In this document: positions 54,098-63,986 of the stretch, in pieces
Layout of the letters: each line of letters opens with the position of its first letter
How positions within the stretch are numbered: the stretch's first letter is position 1
Source of the DNA: a virus
Length of the DNA: 64,000 nucleotides
Virus record (IMG/VR): IMGVR_UViG_3300048088_000336
Span: 15,463 to 79,462 of that record
Reading direction: 5' to 3' (one strand)
Notes under the pieces: model-generated
Seen by the model: the letters and a program-made list of their open reading frames with translations, nothing else
Told to the model about the DNA's origin: nothing
The model's database searches: none
Translations under genes and position numbers: made by a program

Positions 54098-56345
54098 GCG
54101 GCCGGATCACCCGCACGTCGTTGCGCCGATCATCCACATCTCGCTGCTCCGCCCGCAGCAGCGTCGCCGCCCACAACTCCGCACCCAACAACTCCTCCGG
54201 CACCCGCACCCACGGTTCGATGTCGTACACCGTGCGCTCCCCCTCAGCCACCGACATGCGGGTGCGCATCTTGCACCGCATCTCCTCCAGGGTGTCCGCG
54301 AACGGCACCGCTTTCGGCGGGGAGAACCCCAGGCGGGAGATCGCATCCAGAATGTTGCCCCGAGGCACCCACAGTTCCCCGTCAGCCACCCACGGGTCCC
54401 GCGTGGCGACCGCTGTCGTGAAATGCCCCGTGCCCGTCGCATGCCGTACCAGGGACAGAATCCCCGAGGTGACCACCTGCTCCGGGGTGCCCTCAGTGAG
54501 TTTGCGGGCCAGCTTGTAGAGCAACTTCAACCCGTTGGGGTCCGACCGCCACGTCCGGGCCAGCTCAGTGAACAAGTTCAGGTCATGCTGGAGGATCTCC
54601 GCGACCCGGGTGCGCGCCGACCACGTCGCCTTCGAGTGCCAGCGGGTGCCCTTGATCCGGCCCGGACCCCAGTCCCCACCCTGCACCGCATCGGTCTCCC
54701 GACGGAACAGCCACAGGCGCATCTCGTTCTCTTCAGCCATGCGGCGTTCCGCGACCGCGACCACGATCACCTCCCCCGGCAGGCCCAACTGGGCCTCCAA
54801 CAGCCGGTAGGTGGGCCGTTCGGTATCCGGGGGCGGTTTCGGGGTGGAGTCGTCGAACCCCAGCACCGGTGTTTCCACCGCGTCGGGGTTCACGTCGTGC
54901 ACGCTGGTCTCCACCGGGGGCACCGACCGCAGAATCGGCCGGGCCGCTGGCTCCGTCTCACCCCCAACAGTGGGGCCGTCAGCGTTGGATTCAGGGGTGC
55001 TGTCGCCAACGTCAGTTGGACCCTCGTCGTCCGGGGGGAAGTCGTCGAACGGATCCGGTGGCGGTGGCGGCTCCTCCTCCACCGGGGGCACCGACCGCAG
55101 CGGGACGGGACCGGACGCCTGCGCCAGCGCGGCCACCGTCTCCTCACTGGCCTGCTCCGCCGCCGCCAGCTTCGCCGCCTCCACCCGCAGCTCCGCAGCC
55201 ACCCGGCCCACCGTCGTCCCCAGGTAGGTGGTGCGCCGCGCCGGATTAACCTTGTCGATCTTCTTTCCCGGTGCGCACCGCCGCAAACGGCGGCACATGA
55301 TGGCCAGGCACACGTCAGCCGGGGTCATTCCCCACTTCAGCATCACCCGCGTCAACGCCATGTCGATCGACGAATCGTCGTTGGCGTACTCGGCGTCGCG
55401 TTCCCCCAGCCACAGGGCTTCCAGCTCCGGGGCGATGTTCTGAGCGAAGATGTCGGTCAGCCACGTCGGCTCGTGCTCCGGCAGCGCTTCGGCCTGGGAC
55501 CACAACGCCGGGAGGTCCACCCCGGCCATCTCACCGGACAGGATCACCGTGTCGTACCGCAGCGGGGCCAGGACCTTCTCCGGCATGAGCACCGCCTGAA
55601 AGTCCTCGATGTCATAGACCCGCGACGGCTCGCATTCGAGCATCACCACCGCGCGGTGATCCCCATCGACCTTGGTGTTCACCGAGCCGGGGCAGCGCAC
55701 CAACCGCGACGGATCCGTCGTCGGATCCACATGCCAGCCACCGCGCTCCCGCGCCCGCACCTGAAACGATTTCACCCACGCCCACGCCAGTTCCTCACCG
55801 GCAGCACGGTCCGCGTCGATACGGGTCTCGTCGACGATCGGGGCCCCGTCGTCGTCGACGTCGGTGGCACCGTAGATGAATGGCTCTCGCATCCTCCAAT
55901 GCGCTTGGATCCCGTGCCCGGTGTTGACCAGCACGGTCGGTGGTAAGCCCACGGACCGGACCAGGGCCAGGGCTGTGGCCATGTCGGGGACCAGGGACAT
56001 TTTCGATCCGGCGTGCCCGCCCCCGGCGATGTCAATGTCGATCCACAGCCACGCCAAACCGTCCACAGTGGCTTTGGTCAATCTCAGTGGGCGCTTACCC
56101 GCTGGGTCGGCGCGGGGACCGCGCGTGAGACCTACCCCGACGTAGACCCCCAGTACCGCATCCCCCTCGGCGGCCTCGGTGATCGCCGACGCGAGGCCAC
56201 CCGCCGTAGCGGGCAGCCACCGCGTCAACGGTCCCGACGCACCAGACGCAAAATGGGTCAGGGTGAGCTGAAACCCACGGAGCATCTCGCCGTGATCGCC
56301 GAGCAGCGCCGCCGCGAAGGCGCGCGCCTGCTCGGCGGGTGTCAC
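54090..56345 (-). CDS. RepB-type/AEP primase-like replication protein
   Basis: WIDID, PTVLVNTGHGIQAHW, DPSRLVRCPGSVN, D.S..D helical domain; no Walker A seen. Confidence 0.8.
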   Translation of the reverse strand: MTPAEQARAFAAALLGDHGEMLRGFQLTLTHFASGASGPLTRWLPATAGGLASAITEAAEGDAVLGVYVGVGLTRGPRADPAGKRPLRLTKATVDGLAWLWIDIDIAGGGHAGSKMSLVPDMATALALVRSVGLPPTVLVNTGHGIQAHWRMREPFIYGATDVDDDGAPIVDETRIDADRAAGEELAWAWVKSFQVRARERGGWHVDPTTDPSRLVRCPGSVNTKVDGDHRAVVMLECEPSRVYDIEDFQAVLMPEKVLAPLRYDTVILSGEMAGVDLPALWSQAEALPEHEPTWLTDIFAQNIAPELEALWLGERDAEYANDDSSIDMALTRVMLKWGMTPADVCLAIMCRRLRRCAPGKKIDKVNPARRTTYLGTTVGRVAAELRVEAAKLAAAEQASEETVAALAQASGPVPLRSVPPVEEEPPPPPDPFDDFPPDDEGPTDVGDSTPESNADGPTVGGETEPAARPILRSVPPVETSVHDVNPDAVETPVLGFDDSTPKPPPDTERPTYRLLEAQLGLPGEVIVVAVAERRMAEENEMRLWLFRRETDAVQGGDWGPGRIKGTRWHSKATWSARTRVAEILQHDLNLFTELARTWRSDPNGLKLLYKLARKLTEGTPEQVVTSGILSLVRHATGTGHFTTAVATRDPWVADGELWVPRGNILDAISRLGFSPPKAVPFADTLEEMRCKMRTRMSVAEGERTVYDIEPWVRVPEELLGAELWAATLLRAEQRDVDDRRNDVRVIRPHE

Positions 56346-57253
56346 GGCCCGTCTTGCCCAGCGTTGTCGAACTCGCCACCCAAACCGTCGTCCTCGGCGG
56401 CGGCCTCGCCCCGGGCTTGGCCGGTGGCCAGGTCGATGACGTCAGCGACGGCGAGCAGCTTCTCGAACCCGCGTGAGAACTCCAGGGCGCGAGCGGCCGG
56501 GCTACCTGGTGCCGCCCACCCCTTGCTGCGGGGCAGTGCACCCTCCAGGACACCCTTGAGCTGCGGGTGCAGGGTGGCGAACTTCGTGCCGTTTTTCTCC
56601 TGCTTGTCCAGGGAGATCCCCAGCTCGAACGCGCTGTAATGCGCCTGGTAGCGCATCGACAGGGCGATCATGAACGCTTTGAGCGGATCCAGGCTCGTCG
56701 GCGGTGCCGACACCAGCATCGGCAGCAGCTCACCCGGGCGGCTGACGAACAGCAGACGACGCTCGGCGCACGCCGGGGCCTTCCCGGATCCCCTCGTGGA
56801 ACTCCCGAACTTGCTCAACGGGCACGTGGAGCACTTACCCCCGGGGTTGAGGTGACCGTTGAGACCATCGAGGGCGTACATGCCCCCGGAGACCGGGAAC
56901 TTCCCGTCGGCCGACGAGCAGTCCGGGGGCTCACCGGTGAGCGACCCGTCCTCGGTGGGGATCCAGAAAACCCGGGCGGCCTGCCAGAACGCCAGCGTGC
57001 CGACCAACTCGGCGGTGATCTCATTCTTGCCGGTGAGCTTGTCCGGGATCTCCCACGTGGTAGACCCGGCCGCTGGCATGGGCACCCGCGTGAGGTCCCG
57101 AATCTGCAAACCGTCGTCGCCGATGTTCTCGGCGAGCACATCGGACAGCATGTCGATACCGGCGCCTTCGATCAGCCCCGGATACCTATCATGATCAACA
57201 ATCTCGAGGCCGCCCAAACCAGTCGGGACAGCCACCGTGCCAGAACCTGCCAT
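56342..57253 (-). CDS. Putative ssDNA-binding protein
   Basis: PDCSSADG, CSTCP..FGS..GKAPAC, PPTSL; acidic tail; next to the primase gene. Confidence 0.55.
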   Translation of the reverse strand: MAGSGTVAVPTGLGGLEIVDHDRYPGLIEGAGIDMLSDVLAENIGDDGLQIRDLTRVPMPAAGSTTWEIPDKLTGKNEITAELVGTLAFWQAARVFWIPTEDGSLTGEPPDCSSADGKFPVSGGMYALDGLNGHLNPGGKCSTCPLSKFGSSTRGSGKAPACAERRLLFVSRPGELLPMLVSAPPTSLDPLKAFMIALSMRYQAHYSAFELGISLDKQEKNGTKFATLHPQLKGVLEGALPRSKGWAAPGSPAARALEFSRGFEKLLAVADVIDLATGQARGEAAAEDDGLGGEFDNAGQDGP

Positions 57254-57315
57254 GAAACACTCCTCCCGTTGCCCCCGCCGACCCTGATGCCGGACAGGGA
57301 TTTCACCACCACCAA

Positions 57316-57349
57316 CTCACGCGGGGAGCGTTCAGCTTGCCCGCGTGAG
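57316..57349 (-). terminator. Intergenic hairpin
   Basis: CTCACGCGGG..AGC / GCT..CCCGCGTGAG. Confidence 0.5.
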
Positions 57350-57352
57350 ACA

Positions 57353-57982
57353 TCATCGAGCGGCAGACTCGCCGCTGAGCACCGAAGACCGGGCGCCCCC
57401 CGCCAGCTTCGCCGCCCGCGACGGACGCGGGCTCGTAAACGCGATCGCCCACCGGTTCCACCCGACCAGCACCTTGGCCACATTCGGGGGCAGTGGCTCG
57501 CCGTTCTCCTCCAGGCGACGCGCCCACGCCGAGATCTGCGACGCGTTGTAACCCTCCGGCTGCACCAACTCGTCGAGCCGGTCAGCGCGCAGCGCGGCGG
57601 CCACATCAGCGGCCGTGACGTCCTCATTGACCTTGCGCAGCCACAACGTCGCCCGCGCCGTCGCCCGGCGCCCATCAAGATCAAGGGAAGTCACCCCGGC
57701 CGCCGCGTACTGCTCCACCAACTCATCCTCGGCAGCGTCGATCAGCGCACCCAGTTCCTTAGTGCGCCGCTCGGAGTCCTTCTTCGCGGACTTCCACTCG
57801 TCGAGCTGGCGCACCAACGCGGGATCAACCTCGACGACACGCTCCCCGGTCTCCGGGACACTCGGTGCGTCAGCGGGCGCCACCTCCAGCGGCGGTAGAC
57901 CCTTCGCGCGGCGGTAGTCGGGGTCGGTGAGCAGCCGCAGCTTGTGGTCACCGAACGATGTGGGGTTGGCGATAGCACCCAT
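57353..57982 (-). CDS. Phage replication-region hypothetical protein
   Basis: GAGGAGG RBS; coiled segment followed by GVTSLDLDG...GEPLPP. Confidence 0.7.
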   Translation of the reverse strand: MGAIANPTSFGDHKLRLLTDPDYRRAKGLPPLEVAPADAPSVPETGERVVEVDPALVRQLDEWKSAKKDSERRTKELGALIDAAEDELVEQYAAAGVTSLDLDGRRATARATLWLRKVNEDVTAADVAAALRADRLDELVQPEGYNASQISAWARRLEENGEPLPPNVAKVLVGWNRWAIAFTSPRPSRAAKLAGGARSSVLSGESAAR

Positions 57983-58008
57983 CGGGGCCTCCTCGTAACT
58001 GTGCGAAC

Positions 58009-58033
58009 CGGAACGGAGGCCAGCCTACCACAC
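58009..58033 (-). promoter_or_regulatory. Class I promoter, copy 6
   Basis: GTGTGG-TAGGCT-N7-GTTCCG. Confidence 0.7.
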
Positions 58034-58899
58034 TAAGTAGCGACTGGCACCCGGGGTTGCACGGGCCAACACCCGCGCGCCGTGGACTCCGCACGATCAG
58101 CGGCGGCAGGCAGGCCTGCGATCCACTCCAATGCCTCCTCGCGGGTCAACTCCCCCGCGTGATGCCGCTCCCACGTCTTCGCGATCGCCTTCGGAGTCCG
58201 CCAATACGCGGCCAGCCCGAGCTGCCCCTGCTCATGCCAGAGCACCTGAGCATCATGCAAACCCCGGGCGTTATCCGAGGCGACCAACGCGCGGGCGTGA
58301 CGCTCCTCCGGGTCAACCTTGCCCCAGCGCGGGCGCGGCCACTGACCGCGCATCGACCGCAGCACCATCTTGTACGCCAACCGGCCAGCCGCCTCACAGT
58401 CGGCCAGCGCATCATGCGCGTCCCGCAGATCCACCCCGTAATGCCGGGCCGTGTCCTTGAGCCGCCGCGACCCCTTACGCCACTTGTCCAGACGTTTATC
58501 GAGCAGCAGAGTGTCCACCGCAGGGCCACCGATCGACAGTCGCCCCAAATCGAGGTGACGGCCGAACTCACGATCCAACACCGTGAGGTCGTAGCAGACG
58601 TTCGCCCCGATCAGCACCACATCATCACGCCACGCACCCAACGCGGCCTTGATCTCGATCAACACCTCGGTGATCGGGCGACCCTCCGCGCGAGCCCGCT
58701 CCGTGGAGATCTCGTGCACCGCCACCGCACCGGCCGGGATCTCCCTACGCGGCTGCGCCAGCCACGATCTGCGGTGAGAATCCTGTCCAGGCCGGACGTG
58801 CACCACAGCGGCCTGGATGATGAACGCCTCACTGGGCTCCGGCGCGTCAGTCTCCAAATCGAGCAGCAGCAGCTCGCGCCCGATCCAATGATCGGCCAT
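58033..58899 (-). CDS. DEDDh 3'-5' exonuclease (DnaQ-like)
   Basis: LDLET, AVHEI, NVCYDL, VDTL, AHDALADC. Confidence 0.88.
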   Translation of the reverse strand: MADHWIGRELLLLDLETDAPEPSEAFIIQAAVVHVRPGQDSHRRSWLAQPRREIPAGAVAVHEISTERARAEGRPITEVLIEIKAALGAWRDDVVLIGANVCYDLTVLDREFGRHLDLGRLSIGGPAVDTLLLDKRLDKWRKGSRRLKDTARHYGVDLRDAHDALADCEAAGRLAYKMVLRSMRGQWPRPRWGKVDPEERHARALVASDNARGLHDAQVLWHEQGQLGLAAYWRTPKAIAKTWERHHAGELTREEALEWIAGLPAAADRAESTARGCWPVQPRVPVAT

Positions 58900-59171
58900 C
58901 ACCGGGGCCGCCGACGGTAGTACGCGGCATCGGCGCACGACGCGAAATGCGACCGGTGCAGGCCCCCGTCGCGCTTGCGCCACAACTCCCGCTCCGCCGA
59001 CGGAACCACCTCCACCCGCAGGATCTCGTCACGCCAGTACAGGCGAAGCATGCCGTCGGCGTGCGGTTCAGCATCCACCGGCATCGACCGGTTCCGCTCC
59101 GTCTTCGCGAAGACAACCTTCGCGTGACACCTCGGTGACGTGCACCGCGTCACGTTGACCAACACCGTCAC
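58899..59171 (-). CDS. Small Cys/His phage protein
   Basis: C..C, MPVDAEP, SHFASC. Confidence 0.7.
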   Translation of the reverse strand: MTVLVNVTRCTSPRCHAKVVFAKTERNRSMPVDAEPHADGMLRLYWRDEILRVEVVPSAERELWRKRDGGLHRSHFASCADAAYYRRRPR

Positions 59172-59189
59172 GTTGCCCTCCCGATCAGC

Positions 59190-59214
59190 CGGAACATGTC
59201 AGAGCATACCGCGC
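59190..59214 (-). promoter_or_regulatory. Class I promoter, copy 7
   Basis: GCGCGG-TATGCT-N7-GTTCCG. Confidence 0.6.
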
Positions 59215-59227
59215 TAGCCCGACAGCC

Positions 59228-61183
59228 CTAGAACCCCTCCAAGCCAGCCAGAGCCAGCATCCCCGCCTGCTCATCCAGCTCCCGCTCAGCGGGCGCACGC
59301 GGCGGCTGCGGCTGACCCATCAACCACTTCGGCAACGACACCGGCTCCCCCGCGATCTCCCCCGGCGCCGGTTCAATCACCGGAAGATCCTCCGAATCCC
59401 GCTCCGCCGTCCCGTGAAGGTAAGCGTTCACGCACGAGGACACCACATCCTCCCGCCGAGCCAACGCCGTATACACGTCAGCATCCACGGTGTTGTTCGC
59501 GATCAAATAAACGTAAAGCACCTGACGGGTCTGACCCGGGCGGCACGACCGCGCCAACGACTGCTGGTACAACCACAATTCATACCCGCACGAATAGTAG
59601 ACGTTGATCCGGGCACGAGTGAAATCGACACCCACCCCACCCGAAGCGATCTGCGCCCCCAACACGTCACACTCCGGGTGCATTTTCGCGTCCACATCCA
59701 AACCGTCCTTACGGGAACCCGACACCTCCCGGTACCGCAAGCCCGCTTTCCCACACAATCCCGCGATCGCATCCAAATCAGTGCGGAACCGACAGAACAC
59801 CACCACCGGCTCCGGACGGGACCGGCCATCATGGCCACCCTTACGGCACCCCACCCGCTCCAACACATTGCCCAACGCCGCCACCTTCGCTGTGGACACC
59901 ACAGCCGGATTCCGGTCATCATCGACCACCGTGCCCCCCGTGACCTGAGCGAACCGCAACAACTCCACCCCCGCGTTCGCCGGGGCCACCGTGCGCTCAT
60001 CCCCCACCGGGGTCGGATTACCACCCGCCGCGACCACCGCATCCGAGATCTCCGCCAAACCCACATCCCGGATCGAGTCATACACGCGGCGCGCGGCCGG
60101 TTCCAAATCAAACGACTCAATCACATGCGACGCCACCGGCAACTTCAGGTCCACCACCGGAATGTAGGTGATCGAATGGAACCGCTGAGAGAACTCGATC
60201 TTCTCATCCTCTTTAATGTCCTTCGGGAACTCGTTACCGTCCCGATCCCGGCCATACACCACATACTTGGCGTTGAAACGGGTCACGTTCGTCCCGAACA
60301 CCGACGGATCCAAGGCCCGGAACTCCCCATAAACATCCCACGGACCCTGCGGCATCAACGTCCCCGACAAACCCCACCGCAGTGGCACCGCATTCACCCA
60401 CGAGAACGCCGTCATCGACGCGCCACCACCAGCAGCCTTCAACCGGTGGCACTCGTCATACACCACCGCCTGAACCTTCAGCACCGACAAATCAGCCGAC
60501 GCCACCGGATCCCGCACCATCGCCTCATACCCGATCGCCGCCAAATGCGCCCGACCGCACCCGCACACCATCAAGTCCTCAATCAACTTCCACCGGTCCG
60601 CCAACGAAATCTTGCGAGGCTGACCATTGCGGGTGCGCGGGACACGCAACGTGTGCCACTTCCGAGTCGAGTGCAGGCGCAACTCACGCGGAAACACCCC
60701 GAACGTCGCCACCGGCGCCACCAACAGTGTCCGATCCACCTCCCGGGCATTCAGGGCACCAATCGCCATCAACGTCTTCCCCGTGCCCATCCCCGCACCG
60801 ATCGCCGCCACCGACGACCCGTGCATGAACCCGATACCGCGCTTCTGGTGATCCCACGGGTCCGTCGTCAGCCACTGATGCCACGGCAGGCGCGGCAACG
60901 GCAGGGACTCATCCGCCGCCAACACCCGGCGCTCCTCCCGGCCCGCCGCCTCACGCGCCAACGCGACCACCGTCGGGGACACCGACGCCCCCGCATCCAC
61001 CAGGATCGACAGGAGTAGCTCCGCGTTACCCGGTGTCGCGGGCATCGTCCACGCCTTCAGCTTCCTACCCCACCACTGCGCCCCCGGAATGTCCTTGATC
61101 GACTCATGCCACGGGTACACCTCCCGCGCCGCCAACCGGCCCCGCCTATCAATCCCCACCTGCGGTAAACCAGCCATCACCAA
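59228..61183 (-). CDS. SNF2-family helicase
   Basis: MGTGKT, YDECH, LSGT, VVFCRF, GGVGVDF, QSLARSCRPGQ. Confidence 0.9.
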   Translation of the reverse strand: MVMAGLPQVGIDRRGRLAAREVYPWHESIKDIPGAQWWGRKLKAWTMPATPGNAELLLSILVDAGASVSPTVVALAREAAGREERRVLAADESLPLPRLPWHQWLTTDPWDHQKRGIGFMHGSSVAAIGAGMGTGKTLMAIGALNAREVDRTLLVAPVATFGVFPRELRLHSTRKWHTLRVPRTRNGQPRKISLADRWKLIEDLMVCGCGRAHLAAIGYEAMVRDPVASADLSVLKVQAVVYDECHRLKAAGGGASMTAFSWVNAVPLRWGLSGTLMPQGPWDVYGEFRALDPSVFGTNVTRFNAKYVVYGRDRDGNEFPKDIKEDEKIEFSQRFHSITYIPVVDLKLPVASHVIESFDLEPAARRVYDSIRDVGLAEISDAVVAAGGNPTPVGDERTVAPANAGVELLRFAQVTGGTVVDDDRNPAVVSTAKVAALGNVLERVGCRKGGHDGRSRPEPVVVFCRFRTDLDAIAGLCGKAGLRYREVSGSRKDGLDVDAKMHPECDVLGAQIASGGVGVDFTRARINVYYSCGYELWLYQQSLARSCRPGQTRQVLYVYLIANNTVDADVYTALARREDVVSSCVNAYLHGTAERDSEDLPVIEPAPGEIAGEPVSLPKWLMGQPQPPRAPAERELDEQAGMLALAGLEGF

Positions 61184-61479
61184 CCCCCCATCTGTCGAAA
61201 CTCCACCCGCCGCGCAGCCCGCAGCACGTCATCGGACAGCAACCGGCACAACGACCCCCGCAGCATCCCGACCACCTCGGCCTCACGCCAGCCCATCGCC
61301 CGGCCGTAGGCCACCACCGCCTCCAACGTGGTGCGCATCGACGTCATCGCCACCACACACGCCGGGTCGACCGCCATCGCCGCCGTCTCCGGTTGCGACA
61401 TCAAACGTTCCGTCGTCAACGCGGCCACCAACTCCCGGGCACTGCGCTCATCACCGGTCACCGACGCCCCGCATGCCAC
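61177..61479 (-). CDS. Hypothetical protein
   Basis: Overlaps the SNF2 start. Confidence 0.45.
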   Translation of the reverse strand: MACGASVTGDERSARELVAALTTERLMSQPETAAMAVDPACVVAMTSMRTTLEAVVAYGRAMGWREAEVVGMLRGSLCRLLSDDVLRAARRVEFRQMGGW

Positions 61480-61690
61480 AAAAGATCAACCATGAACAGC
61501 ACCCGATCTCGCGATCTCCGGCGCGCTCACCGAGTGCACTCCGGGCACGGCGCCACAGGATGCGACCGCGACCCCGGACGGTGCGGAATCAACACCTTGC
61601 GTCCCAACTCAGCGGTCAGCTCATAGTGCACCGCGACCCCCCTCAGGTCATCGCATAGCCAGCACGGTGGTCGCCGTGTGCTCGGCGCGT

Positions 61691-62056
61691 TCATTCCGCA
61701 GCCCACAACGCGATCATCGCGGCCAACTCCGCCCGAACCAGAGCCAACTCCACGTCAAGCACCGACCGGGTCGCCTGCACAATCGCCGCCGTGTAGTGAT
61801 CCCGCACATCGGTCGACACATGCGTCAACAACGCCATATGCTCTCTACGCGCCCGGATCGCCACCAACACCTCCGGCTGCGAATCCAAATACGCGCGGGC
61901 GATCGCCACCCGCTTCGCCGTCTCCGGGTCGAAACTCACCGCCGCCTCCGCACCCGCCGGGATCACCGCCACCGCGTCAGCGGGGATATCCCGGAAGAAC
62001 TCCTCCGCCCCCGCCCGATCGGCCGCCGTCAAATAGCTGCGAACCTCATCGTTCAT
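61691..62056 (-). CDS. Hypothetical protein
   Basis: Helical ORF within the chain. Confidence 0.55.
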   Translation of the reverse strand: MNDEVRSYLTAADRAGAEEFFRDIPADAVAVIPAGAEAAVSFDPETAKRVAIARAYLDSQPEVLVAIRARREHMALLTHVSTDVRDHYTAAIVQATRSVLDVELALVRAELAAMIALWAAE

Positions 62057-62258
62057 CGTGACCCACCATCCCCCCTCGCAACGCCAGATTCGAGCACCCC
62101 GGGTCGCGATGCGACTTCTCATGCCACCAGTTCGTGTTACCGATATCGGAACCCGGTGGCAGGCTGCACGACCAGTAAAGCGCGCCGGGCTCGATCGGAT
62201 CCGTGCACCTACTGCACGCATGCCGCAGGCGAGCCCGGCGCTGGCAGTGAATCGTCAC
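62046..62258 (-). CDS. Zn-finger protein, similar to the N-terminus of 49015-49506
   Basis: RARLRHACSRC..IEPG..Y. Confidence 0.55.
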   Translation of the reverse strand: MTIHCQRRARLRHACSRCTDPIEPGALYWSCSLPPGSDIGNTNWWHEKSHRDPGCSNLALRGGMVGHDER

Positions 62259-62383
62259 CCCGGCAAACAACTCAACACTTCAGAATCGTCGATCTCCCCA
62301 TACAGCACCCACCGCAACGCGGTCTGCACACCCTGCGCCGTCTCATCATCATCGACAGTGATCGACGAAAACCGCATCGACAT
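62255..62383 (-). CDS. Small hypothetical protein
   Basis: GAGGTGGAG RBS; coupled ORF. Confidence 0.45.
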   Translation of the reverse strand: MSMRFSSITVDDDETAQGVQTALRWVLYGEIDDSEVLSCLPG

Positions 62384-62393
62384 CTGCTCCACC

Positions 62394-63986
62394 TCAAGCT
62401 GACTTCGCACGAGAACCCACCTCCCGCTCCACATGCGACGCGATCTGTTGCAACGTGAACTCCTGCGACTCATACATGTTCACCACATTCCACAACCACT
62501 CCACACCATAAATCTTGTAGATCTTCGCAGCGTCCCGGTGCAAGTACGCTGTCCCCGTCCGCAACCCCCGCACCGACCCCACCGAATACCAGCCGTTCGG
62601 ATCGAACTCATCCCACAGGAACCCCACCGCGCAATACCGGCACTTCCCGTACGACTTCACTCGCCACGCCTGAAACACCTGATCATCCTGCGAGGCCATT
62701 CGCATCCGACGAACCCACCGTGTCGTCAAATCACCCATACCCACCAGATACACGATCGGCACATCCGACGACATGGCCAGCATGCGATCATCCGCACTCG
62801 ACGACTCCGCCGCCCGCACCCGACGGCGCGCACCCGTCAACGCACCCACCACACCGAAACTGATCTGCCGCCCCGCCATCACCGCAGCCACCTGCGCTGT
62901 CGGCGACGTATCCCCGAACATCAACCGGGACACCACCGACTGAGGTTTACCCCCCGGTGCCACCGGGGCCGGGCCCGAACCACCCAACAACATCTGCGAC
63001 CACACGCTCCGGTACGGGGCACCCAACACCGCACCCCGCGACGTCACCTGCGCAGCCGGAACACCAGCGATCCGACCCAACAGCGACACCCGGCGCGCCC
63101 CGACAGGCGCAGCGACCGGCGTAGTCACGGTCGTCGACGAACCCAACACACGGGCCCCCGCGCGAGCCAGCACACCCCGCTGCGGCAAAGCCTCAGCCGG
63201 ACCGAACAGCAGGCGCGACGCACCACGCGCCAACACGCCCTGACCGCCCCGAGACGACTCCACCGACATCGGTGTGAGCATCGCCGGTGCCGGTGCGCCA
63301 CCGGCCGCCACAGCCTCAGCGGCGGCCACCGCAGCGGGATCCGGGGAACTCGCCCCGAACGTCGACGCCAACAGTGACGCCCGACGCTGCGTGCCATCGG
63401 GGTACGCCCCCACCGCGACCGTCGAATCCGTTACCGCCCGAAAACGCCCCAGTCGACCAAACCCGCCACCCACCGTGCTCAACAACCCCCCGGGAAGCGA
63501 GCCCACACCGGGCACGGGCAACCCCGACACCGATGCGCCCCGACCTCGCGCGCACAGCACCACCACCCCCGCCAACACCAGCAGGGGCAGCAAGCCAGCC
63601 CCGATCGCCACGGAAGCCCCGAACAGCGACACCGTCAGGGCATACAGCACATACCCGACCAGAGACACCGCGCCACCCACAGCCAACACGCCAGCAGTCA
63701 CCGCGCTGTAAAACACGTAATCACTACCCGTACGCACCGCGTGATCCGACGGCACGAAATCATCCACCGGCTCCGGTGCCCGCACAGGGGCAGGCACCGA
63801 CACCGGCTCCACCCGCAGCGGCGTGTCCGCCACCAGGGCCTCACCGAACATCTCCGCAGGCGTGTCCGGGATATCCGCCAACAGTGCCCGCAAATCCGCG
63901 TCACTGAGATCCAGCGGAACACCCGCCCGCGTCTCCTCTACCGGCTCATCCACACTCACTACCTCCCAATTCGTCGACACCATCAC
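62394..63986 (-). CDS. Membrane protein with short amphipathic repeats and C-terminal CxxC domain
   Basis: Two TM helices; repeated R.S/GVL.R..FG-type segments; CRYC. Confidence 0.65.
   Translation of the reverse strand: MMVSTNWEVVSVDEPVEETRAGVPLDLSDADLRALLADIPDTPAEMFGEALVADTPLRVEPVSVPAPVRAPEPVDDFVPSDHAVRTGSDYVFYSAVTAGVLAVGGAVSLVGYVLYALTVSLFGASVAIGAGLLPLLVLAGVVVLCARGRGASVSGLPVPGVGSLPGGLLSTVGGGFGRLGRFRAVTDSTVAVGAYPDGTQRRASLLASTFGASSPDPAAVAAAEAVAAGGAPAPAMLTPMSVESSRGGQGVLARGASRLLFGPAEALPQRGVLARAGARVLGSSTTVTTPVAAPVGARRVSLLGRIAGVPAAQVTSRGAVLGAPYRSVWSQMLLGGSGPAPVAPGGKPQSVVSRLMFGDTSPTAQVAAVMAGRQISFGVVGALTGARRRVRAAESSSADDRMLAMSSDVPIVYLVGMGDLTTRWVRRMRMASQDDQVFQAWRVKSYGKCRYCAVGFLWDEFDPNGWYSVGSVRGLRTGTAYLHRDAAKIYKIYGVEWLWNVVNMYESQEFTLQQIASHVEREVGSRAKSA

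Noticed and set aside
7762-59214. Reading the repeated CGGAAC as an ECF sigma (SigR/SigH-type) -35 element on the opposite strand
   Set aside because: A matching GTT -10 is not conserved and the orientation would point away from the adjacent genes; the extended -10 reading fits all seven copies
43894-61018. Long + strand ORFs (43894-45612, 53982-55946, 56567-57898, 59414-61018)
   Set aside because: Antisense shadows of well-supported - strand genes, Arg/His/Pro-rich with no motifs, as expected in high-GC DNA
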